Shown here piece by piece: positions 56,298-64,000 of a DNA stretch of 64,000 nucleotides (position 1 is the stretch's first letter; each line of letters begins with the position of its first letter). This stretch comes from Rhodospirillales bacterium (GTDB taxonomy: Bacteria; Pseudomonadota; Alphaproteobacteria; Bin95): contig JAYQLI010000035.1 of assembly GCA_038143065.1 (NCBI GenBank), positions 256,001-320,000 on the forward strand, read 5' to 3'. Under the pieces are notes generated by a model. It was not told where the DNA came from. It saw only the letters and a program-made list of their open reading frames with translations, and searched no databases. The translations under genes and the position numbers were made by a program.

Positions 56298-57782
56298 ATG
56301 AGCAAAGGTGTTATTCTTTTAGCAGATGATGACCGTTCTATCCGAACTGTTCTAACCCATGCCTTCATGCGAGCTGGATTCGAGGTTAAAGCCACAGGCA
56401 ATGCTTCCACTCTTTGGCGTTGGGTAACCGAGGGTTTAGGAAACATTGTGGTCACCGATGTTGTTATGCCAGACGAAAATGGCTTGGACCTTTTGCCAAA
56501 AATTCGCCGCGCTAGGCCTGAGCTCAGGGTGATAGTTGTGAGTGGCCAGAACACGCTGATGACCGCAATACGCGCTACGGAGCGAGGGGCATTTGAATAT
56601 TTTCCAAAGCCTTTTGACATCCGTGAGTTGGTTAATGTTGCCGAGCGGGCCATACAAGAACCAACAAACGTCGCTCAGCCTGAACGCGGTGATAATGAAG
56701 AAGATAGATTGCCGCTGAAGGGCAGATCGCCGGCAATGCAAGATGTTTATCGGATGTTGGCGCGTTTAATGGGGACAGACCTGACAGTTCTTATCACCGG
56801 AGAGTCGGGTGTTGGTAAAGAATTAGCTGCACGGGTTTTGCACGATTTTGGACCTAGGAAGCGCTCTCCTTTTGTTGCGATAAATATGGCCGCAATCCCC
56901 CGCGAGTTAATCGAAAGTGAACTTTTCGGTCACGAACGTGGAGCGTTTACAGGTGCTACTGCTAGATCTTCTGGGCGATTTGAACAAGCTGAAGGCGGTA
57001 CATTATTTCTTGATGAAATTGGTGATATGCCTCATGAAGCGCAAACTCGTCTCCTCAGAGTTCTTCAACAGGGAGAGTATGTGCCCGTTGGGGGTGCCTC
57101 ACCGATTAAAACAAATGTTAGGATAGTCTCAGCAACCCACCGAGACCTCAGAGAGTCGGTGCGGCAGGGTGAATTCCGCGAGGATCTTTTTTACAGGCTG
57201 AATGTTGTGCCGTTGCGTCTCCCAGCATTGCGGGAACGTGTCGAAGATATTCCAGAATTAGTGAACCATTTTCTGCAAAAATCTGAGGGGGAGGGTCTTC
57301 CTCGGCGAGCAATGTCAAATGGTGCGATGGAAGCTCTTCGTAAGCACAATTGGCCTGGAAATGTTAGGGAGCTCGAAAACCTTATTCGGCGCCTTATTGT
57401 GATGACTGCTGATGAAACGATATCTGCAGACAGTGTGATCGAAATCCTTTCTGAATACTCTCAAGGTACAGCACAGAAAGATACTGCCGATGCAAACATT
57501 TCGGGCAGTTTGGATCAATTAATGGACCGTTTTATGGAGCACTACTTTCAAGAGTTGGGACAGGAACTGCCGAGTACTGGACTGTACACCCGAATTATCG
57601 AGCAAATAGAAATTCCGTTGCTGACGCACATGTTATCCGCAGTTAATGGTAATCAAGTAAAGGCTGCTGAAATTCTTGGCATTAACCGAAACACGCTTCG
57701 TAAGAAAATCAAGACATTAGGATTGCCAGTTATTAAAGGGGTAGTGAGTCAAATCCCTAATGCATTAGAAATTAGTTGGTAA
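56298..57782 (+). CDS. ntrC: nitrogen regulation response regulator NtrC
   Basis: Receiver 'TDVVMP', 'GESGVGKE', 'GAFTGA', 'LFLDEIGDM', and HTH '[10 protein letters not shown]'. Confidence 0.95.
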   Translation: MSKGVILLADDDRSIRTVLTHAFMRAGFEVKATGNASTLWRWVTEGLGNIVVTDVVMPDENGLDLLPKIRRARPELRVIVVSGQNTLMTAIRATERGAFEYFPKPFDIRELVNVAERAIQEPTNVAQPERGDNEEDRLPLKGRSPAMQDVYRMLARLMGTDLTVLITGESGVGKELAARVLHDFGPRKRSPFVAINMAAIPRELIESELFGHERGAFTGATARSSGRFEQAEGGTLFLDEIGDMPHEAQTRLLRVLQQGEYVPVGGASPIKTNVRIVSATHRDLRESVRQGEFREDLFYRLNVVPLRLPALRERVEDIPELVNHFLQKSEGEGLPRRAMSNGAMEALRKHNWPGNVRELENLIRRLIVMTADETISADSVIEILSEYSQGTAQKDTADANISGSLDQLMDRFMEHYFQELGQELPSTGLYTRIIEQIEIPLLTHMLSAVNGNQVKAAEILGINRNTLRKKIKTLGLPVIKGVVSQIPNALEISW

Positions 57783-57819
57783 AGCTTGTAGACTGGTTTC
57801 CGTTCTTGGAGCCGCGTAT

Positions 57820-60027
57820 ATGAAGCCTATGAGGTTCAATTTTCTTAATGGCAGGAGGCTTATATTCGCCGTTAGTGCTACCGCACTTGCGGCCTTCGGC
57901 CTTGCAGGTTTTACCTTAGCGCTGTTGTTGGGTGTTGCTCCTTTTGTTCCTTCCACCACCCAAAATGTGGTTCTGTCTCTTAATGCGAACTTGTTAGTTG
58001 TTGGCCTGCTCGTAATTCTCATTGGGTATAGAGTTTTTGTGCTGCTTAAGCGGCGTCGTCACGGTGGTGCTGCCGCTCGTTTGCAAGGCAAAGTGGCGGC
58101 GCTTTTTGGTATTGTTTCTATCGTGCCGACGGTAACTCTTATTGTCCTGTCAATTACTATTTTGCACGTGGGTTTAGAGAGCTGGATTAGTGGTAAAACA
58201 GAGCAAGCAACTGTTCGTTCTCTGTCAATTGCAAGGGCTTATCTTCGCGATTATCGCCTTGGACTTGTCCGAGATACCTACACGCTTGGAAATTTTCTCT
58301 CCGAGAAGAAAATAGCATCCGCTGTTAACCGTAAGAAGTTTGATGAACCCTTAAAAACCTTGGCTGATCGACGTGGCCTAATTGAAATAGTGATATTTGA
58401 TAAAAAAGGTGTGGTCTATGCGAAGGCTGGAGATGTTGCAGGTTTACGTAGTGCGAATGTTCCACAATGGGCCATTGAATCAGCAACAACTGGTGGTGCA
58501 CCTGTAATCATACGCGGTAATCCAGATCGCTTAAGAGCTTTGTACTGGCTCTCTGATATCGAACGTTTTCTTCTTGTTGGACGCGCTTTAGATCCTCAGA
58601 TTTCTAGTCATGTCGAGGGAGTCAGCGCAGCTGTTTCGGCCCTTCAGAATGCGGTTGGTGCCCGAAATTCTATTGAAGCTCGCTTAGTCGTATTTTATGT
58701 GCTTTTCGGATTGGTTTTTACGCTTGCTTCTGTTTGGGCAGGATTGATGTTCGCGGGAGTATTAGCTGAACCGGTGTCAAACCTTATAACAGCAGCGGAT
58801 CAAGTGCGTGCTGGGAATCTAAAAGCCCGGGTCAACGTTGGGCCTCACACAGACGAGATTGGCAACCTTCTAATTAGTTTCAACCGCATGACGGCTCAAC
58901 TTGACACACAACGTGATGAATTGATGTCAGCTAACCAAGAAATGGATCGCAGGCGGAGATTTACTGGTGCTGTATTGGACGGAGTAGCATCAGGAGTAAT
59001 CGGAATTGATGATTCAGGGACGATAAGGACCGCCAATCCATATGCTCTTGAAGCCTTCGGTTATAAAGATGATGAGATTGTTCAAAGAAAATTGTCAGAG
59101 GTTGCTCCAGAACTTCTCGAACTAAGCAACTTCGCTGGTCGTCAAGAACGTGAGGTCCAAATTTTGCGTGGTGGCCGTCAACGTGTTCTGCTTGCCCGTT
59201 CAGTGCCTGTATCTGGAGAACATGTAGGTGGGCAGGTGATTACGTTTACGGATATCACTGACCTTTTACAAGCAAAGCGCCAGGCAGCTTGGGCTGGTGT
59301 AGCACGTCGAATAGCGCATGAGATTAAAAATCCTTTAACACCAATACAACTCTCTGCAGAGCGTCTGAAACGGCGCTATTTAAAAACTATTCAAAACGAT
59401 CCGGATATTTTTTCACTGTGTTGTGAAACTATTATTCGCCAGGTGTCTGCGCTCCGAGGCATGGTCGATGAATTTTCTGATTTTGCTCGGTTGCCCGCTC
59501 CTAAGGTGCGCCTTACAAATATCAATGGGTTAGCACAAGAGGCGGTTTTTCTCTTAAAAGCGGAACACCAAACCGTATCATTTAAACTCCAAATTCCTGA
59601 AAGTGGTGCATTTGCGGAATGCGACCCAGATCAAATTATTCGGGCTCTCAATAATATTTTGATAAACGCCGTGCATTCCGTGAAAGGAGTCGAAGAAAAA
59701 GAAGGCTCTGATTTTATTCCAATTGTTGAATTATCTCTATCAGTTGAAAATAACTCGGTGATAATAATATGCGAAGATAACGGGCCCGGGTTTGCTTCTG
59801 AAGTGTTAGAGAGTGCGCTAGAACCTTACGTTACGACGAAAGATGAGGGCTCTGGATTAGGACTTGCCATAGTTCAACGAATAATAGATGAGCATCGCGG
59901 AATGCTGCGGATTTATAATAAAAATGATGGTGGCGCTGCTATTGAGATCCAGCTGCCCGTAAAAGACAAAATGTCAGAAGATATTCTGGCTGAGGCGGCC
60001 GATACAAAGAGTGAGAAGACGACATGA
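57820..60027 (+). CDS. ntrY: sensor histidine kinase NtrY
   Basis: TM segments, HAMP and PAS domains, 'ARRIAHEIKNPLTPIQLSAERL', 'EPYVTTK'. Confidence 0.92.
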   Translation: MKPMRFNFLNGRRLIFAVSATALAAFGLAGFTLALLLGVAPFVPSTTQNVVLSLNANLLVVGLLVILIGYRVFVLLKRRRHGGAAARLQGKVAALFGIVSIVPTVTLIVLSITILHVGLESWISGKTEQATVRSLSIARAYLRDYRLGLVRDTYTLGNFLSEKKIASAVNRKKFDEPLKTLADRRGLIEIVIFDKKGVVYAKAGDVAGLRSANVPQWAIESATTGGAPVIIRGNPDRLRALYWLSDIERFLLVGRALDPQISSHVEGVSAAVSALQNAVGARNSIEARLVVFYVLFGLVFTLASVWAGLMFAGVLAEPVSNLITAADQVRAGNLKARVNVGPHTDEIGNLLISFNRMTAQLDTQRDELMSANQEMDRRRRFTGAVLDGVASGVIGIDDSGTIRTANPYALEAFGYKDDEIVQRKLSEVAPELLELSNFAGRQEREVQILRGGRQRVLLARSVPVSGEHVGGQVITFTDITDLLQAKRQAAWAGVARRIAHEIKNPLTPIQLSAERLKRRYLKTIQNDPDIFSLCCETIIRQVSALRGMVDEFSDFARLPAPKVRLTNINGLAQEAVFLLKAEHQTVSFKLQIPESGAFAECDPDQIIRALNNILINAVHSVKGVEEKEGSDFIPIVELSLSVENNSVIIICEDNGPGFASEVLESALEPYVTTKDEGSGLGLAIVQRIIDEHRGMLRIYNKNDGGAAIEIQLPVKDKMSEDILAEAADTKSEKTT

Positions 60028-61394
60028 ATGCTGATGTACTTGTCGTCGACGACGAGAGCGACATTTGTTTACAAGTTTCTGGTATCCTTGAAGATGAAGG
60101 GTACAAGGTCGTAACAGCTCAAAATTCTGACGCTGCATTAGAGGCCTTAAGCGCCGCTCATCCCAAAGTCGTGATTTTAGATGTTTGGCTCGAGCACAGT
60201 CGCCTCGATGGACTACAGCTTATAAATGAAATTTTAGAGGAAGCGCCTCAGACGGTAATACTTATGATGAGTGGCCACGCGGATATTGATACGGCCGTTC
60301 GTGCTATTCGAGACGGGGCATATAACTTCGTCGAGAAGCCTTTTTCAGCAGATAGAATGATAATTGCTGTTGCGAGAGCTTATGAGGCAGCAAATCTTCG
60401 TGCAGAGGTTGCCCACTTGAAAGAGGCAAATCGTAAAGAATGGCATTTAATTGGCAACTCGCCGGCAATGTTATTTCTTCGCTCACAAATTGAGAAACTG
60501 GCTAAGGTTAATAGCCGCATTTTAATCCAAGGCCCCAGTGGTTCTGGTAAAGAAGTAATTGCGCGATGTATTCATGCAACCTCAGATAGGGTCGGTGCTC
60601 CTTCTCAGTATTAAGCTGTGCTGCAGTTCGCCCTGATAATATGGAGGTAATGCTTTTTGGTGAGCAAACTCCTGACGGTTTGGTCATGCCCGGCATGCTC
60701 GCTGATGCTGATGGGGGAGTGGTGCTATTGGATGAAATTGCAGACTTGCCAATAGAAGCTCAAGCTAAAATGCTTCGCTTCATTCAGGAAGGGTCATTTA
60801 CTCCAGTTGGGGCGTCCCAACCGGTTAGCGTTGATATTCGTGTTATGGCATCTAGCTCTCGTGATCTTCAAAAAATGGTTCGCGAAGGCACCTTGCGTGA
60901 AGATTTGTATTTTCGATTAAACGTCGTTCCCATCAATGCTCCATCTCTTTCAGAGCGCGTGGATGATATTCCAGCTCTCGCGGAGCATTTTATTAATTCA
61001 GCGATTAATGATGGCCAGCAAATTCGTCGGCTTTCTGCTGGAGCTATATCTGCGCTTCAAGCGCATACATGGCCAGGGAAATGTGCGCCAGTTGCGCAAT
61101 GTGGTAGAGTGGTTATTGATCATGGCGCCGGGAACTCCACATGAAGAGATCGGTGTAGACGCGCTTCCTCCAGATATTTTAGGAGAGGATCCTACCGCAT
61201 TACTTGATGAGCGGCGAGAAGAGTTGATGGAAATCCCACTCAAAGATGCTAGGGAGGCATTTGAACGAAGCTATCTGTCTGCACAAATAAAACGTTTTGG
61301 CGGTAATGTTTCGCGGACAGCCAAGGCTGTTGGTATGGAGCGTTCAGCCCTGCACAGAAAGCTAAAGTCGTTAAATCTCGGTGAAGGAACCTAG
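60024..61394 (+). CDS. ntrX: response regulator NtrX; frameshifts ~60600 and ~61080
   Basis: 'LDVWL', 'GPSGSGKE', no GAFTGA (usual for NtrX), 'REDLYFRLNVVP', 'GMERSALHRKLK'. Confidence 0.9.
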
Positions 61395-61396
61395 CC

Positions 61397-62767
61397 GTGA
61401 GGGTTATTGTCTGTGGAGCAGGGCAGGTTGGTCTAAGTATTGCGAGCCAATTGGCCTTAGAGGGAATGGATGTGGTCGTTGTCGACCACTTGGCTACGCT
61501 CGCCCAGCGGTTGGGTGATAGCCTTGATGTACAGACAGTCACAGGTCATGCATCTGATCCAAGAGTATTGAAGCAAGCTGGTGCTGAACAGGCAGACATG
61601 ATCATAGCCGCGACATTCTCTGATGAGGTGAATATGGTGGCTTGCCAAGTAGCACATTCCTTATTTGGAGTGCCAAAGAAGATTGCACGCGTGCGAACGC
61701 AGGGATACCTAGACGCGAATTCTCGTGCCATGTTCGCTAAAGATCACATGCCAATTGATGTGATTATTTCTCCTGAGGCAGAGGTGGCCCGAGCTGTTGT
61801 TCGACGAGTAACAGCCCCAGGAGCTTTTGATCTAATTCCTCTTATGGATGGACGTGCCCGCCTGGTTGGAGTTCGAATTGGTGACGATTGTCCAATCATT
61901 AACACTCCTTTGAGACAACTGACGGCTTTGTTCCCAGATCTTCAAATTACAACGATAGCGATAGGACGAGGCGATAGATATTTTGTTCCAAGCTCTGACG
62001 ACCAAATATTTCCAATGGACAGGGTCTATTTTTTGGCGGCTACAGCCCATATTGACCGTGCTATGGCTGCTTTTGGTCATGAAGAACAAAGAGCCCAGCG
62101 AGTATTAATAATTGGTGGTGGTAATATTGGATTGATGATTGCTGAGGCTCTTGATCAGGCGTCAATTGCTGTTCGAATGATAGAAAAGTCAGAAGAGCAG
62201 GCTGCCCGAGCAGCAGAAGTTGCACCTAGACTTGTAGTTATAAATGGTGACGCCCTTGAGCCGGACATTTTAGAAGAGGCGGGAGTAAAGGCAGCAGATA
62301 CATCAATAGCTGTTACAAATGATGACCAAAGCAATATTCTTGCTTCATTAATGGCGAAACGGGTTGGCGCAGAGCGAACAGTTGCTTTGATTAATAGGGC
62401 TTCCTTTTCGACTTTAGTTAGTCCCTTAGACATCGATGTAGTTGTTAATCCTCGCGATATCACGATTAGTACCATCCTACGCCACGTGCGACGTGGCCGA
62501 GTAAGAGAAGTGCATTCGATAGGTGATGGATTTGGCGAGGTCTTAGAAGTTGATGCTTTGGCAACAAGTGAAGTTGTGAATAAATCGATTTCAGAACTGC
62601 AGTTACCAGATGGTGCAATTGTGGGCGGAATTATGCGCGATGACGAAATTGTCCTGCCAAAGCCAGGTTTAGTTATCAAAGAAGGCGATCGGGTCGTAGT
62701 ATTTGCAGAGGAAGCGGCGGTTAAAAGAGTGGAAAGATTTTTTGAAGTGCGATTGGAATTTTTCTGA
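61397..62767 (+). CDS. trkA: Trk potassium uptake protein TrkA
   Basis: Two RCK units, 'GAGQVG' and 'GGGNIG', plus 'IDVIISPE'. Confidence 0.95.
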   Translation: MRVIVCGAGQVGLSIASQLALEGMDVVVVDHLATLAQRLGDSLDVQTVTGHASDPRVLKQAGAEQADMIIAATFSDEVNMVACQVAHSLFGVPKKIARVRTQGYLDANSRAMFAKDHMPIDVIISPEAEVARAVVRRVTAPGAFDLIPLMDGRARLVGVRIGDDCPIINTPLRQLTALFPDLQITTIAIGRGDRYFVPSSDDQIFPMDRVYFLAATAHIDRAMAAFGHEEQRAQRVLIIGGGNIGLMIAEALDQASIAVRMIEKSEEQAARAAEVAPRLVVINGDALEPDILEEAGVKAADTSIAVTNDDQSNILASLMAKRVGAERTVALINRASFSTLVSPLDIDVVVNPRDITISTILRHVRRGRVREVHSIGDGFGEVLEVDALATSEVVNKSISELQLPDGAIVGGIMRDDEIVLPKPGLVIKEGDRVVVFAEEAAVKRVERFFEVRLEFF

Positions 62768-62782
62768 TTAGAAAGAGTAGAA

Positions 62783-63632
62783 ATGCCACGTTCTGTTTAC
62801 GTTAATGGAAGCTACTTACCTGCACAGTATGCTTCAGTTCATTATGAAGACCGAGGTTATCAGTTTGCGGATGGTGTTTATGAGGTAATCCTGGTGCGCC
62901 GACGTTCTATTGTGGACAAAAGTCCTCACTTGATCGCCTAGAACGCTCTCTTAGAGAGCTATCTATTTCAATGCCGATGAGACGGACGTCTCTCGAGGCT
63001 GTGATCAATGAAACACGCAGGCGTAACAATGTTGATGAGGGCTTTATCTATATCCAGGTAACCCGAGGTATTGCGCCGAGAGACCACACTTTTCCAAGCG
63101 TTCCAATTCCTTCCCTGATTATTTCAGCCAAACGAAGGGCTTGGCCATCGATTGATTCAAAGCCTAAGGGGGGAAGTGCGATGCTTGCCCGTGATGAACG
63201 TTGGGCCAGATGTGACATAAAATCAGTTGGGCTGTTGCCAAATATCCTAGCGAAAGAGAGAGCAAAGAAGTCAGGGGCAGTTGAGGCTATCATGGTTCGT
63301 GACGATGGCAGAGTTACAGAGGGTGGGTCATCGAACGTATGGATTGTGGATGATAAAGGAGTTTTACATACTCACCCATTGGGTCCAGAGATTCTTGGTG
63401 GTGTAACGAGGGGGTTATTAAGGAGTTAGCGGAAAAGGCACAAATATCGGTAATTGAAGAGGCTTTTGATCGAAAAGCATTGCTGGAGGCCCGCGAGATT
63501 TTTGTTACCAGTGCTACTTCTTTTGTTAAGCCAATCCTAGCTATTGACGGTGTACAGATTGGTGATGGTGCTGTTGGCCCTATAACTTCCAGGATATTTA
63601 GTCTTTATAATGCTCACACGCTTGCGAATTGA
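62783..63632 (+). CDS. dat: D-amino acid aminotransferase (PLP class IV); frameshifts ~62930 and ~63420
   Basis: 'EDRGYQFADGVYE', 'YIQVTRG', 'CDIKSVGLL', 'TEGGSSN', 'ILGGVTR', 'EIFVTSAT'. Confidence 0.88.
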
Positions 63633-63741
63633 AAATTGGATAACATGGCGTTCGACCTAAATTAGAAGCAGTGTATAGTCCACGTAATAAAAACGAGATT
63701 GCGTTCGATGGGAATGCAACAAATATAGTGGTTGGTGAATA

Positions 63742-63996
63742 ATGATTGGCGCAAAGTCACAGAACTTACAGGATGTGTTTCTGAATTATGTAAGGAGGCA
63801 AAAGCTTCCAGTGACAGTATTTTTAATCAATGGAGTGAAGCTGCAAGGGGTCATCACTTCATTTGACAATTTTTGTATGATGTTGCGCCGTGAAGGCCAT
63901 TCCCAGCTCGTTTATAAGCATGCCATTTCAACAGTAATGCCGTCGTCTCCAGTAAATTTGCTTGAAGCAGTTGAAGTGACCGACGAGGAAAGTTGA
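63742..63996 (+). CDS. hfq: RNA chaperone Hfq
   Basis: 'NLQDVFLN', '[11 protein letters not shown]', '[10 protein letters not shown]'. Confidence 0.97.
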   Translation: MIGAKSQNLQDVFLNYVRRQKLPVTVFLINGVKLQGVITSFDNFCMMLRREGHSQLVYKHAISTVMPSSPVNLLEAVEVTDEES

Positions 63997-64000
63997 CTTG

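Noticed and set aside
60641-60700. Missing GAFTGA loop in a sigma54-type activator
   Set aside because: A known feature of NtrX proteins, not novel.

Overview
Chromosomal segment of an alphaproteobacterium of moderate GC, probably Rhodospirillales-like (inferred from gene order and the LexA box type). From about 18 kb to 64 kb it is conserved core genome: ubiB, gor, class II DAHP synthase, pncB, nadE, trmJ, cimA, gltA, gltX, lexA, moeA, moaC, trpCDGE, ppiD, tpiA, secG, pyrG, kdsA, eno, ftsB, pdhABC, lpdA, lipA, ratA, cinA, pgpA, ispDF, ntrBC, ntrYX, trkA, dat and hfq. The first 18 kb is an accessory-looking acyl-CoA and storage-polymer region with four main points of interest. (1) A probable hidden AhpD-like selenoprotein at 6233-7312 (-): the apparent stop is an in-frame UGA in a C-L-Y-U motif, followed by a SECIS-like hairpin and an in-frame C-terminal domain. 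(2) An unannotated suhB/MmgR-type sRNA that shares a PhaR-like box with phaZ. (3) A dispersed PHB-mobilisation set: acetoacetyl-CoA synthetase, tandem PhaZc-like hydrolases and PhaZ. (4) An operon encoding an Ltp2-like thiolase-fold protein, a DUF35 protein lacking most Zn ligands, and a NicF-like amidase. About 20 single-base indels, many at homopolymers and many in essential genes, point to an unpolished long-read assembly, so split ORFs are reported as single genes. No tRNA, rRNA, CRISPR array or mobile element was seen. All family assignments come from motif recognition, not database searches.
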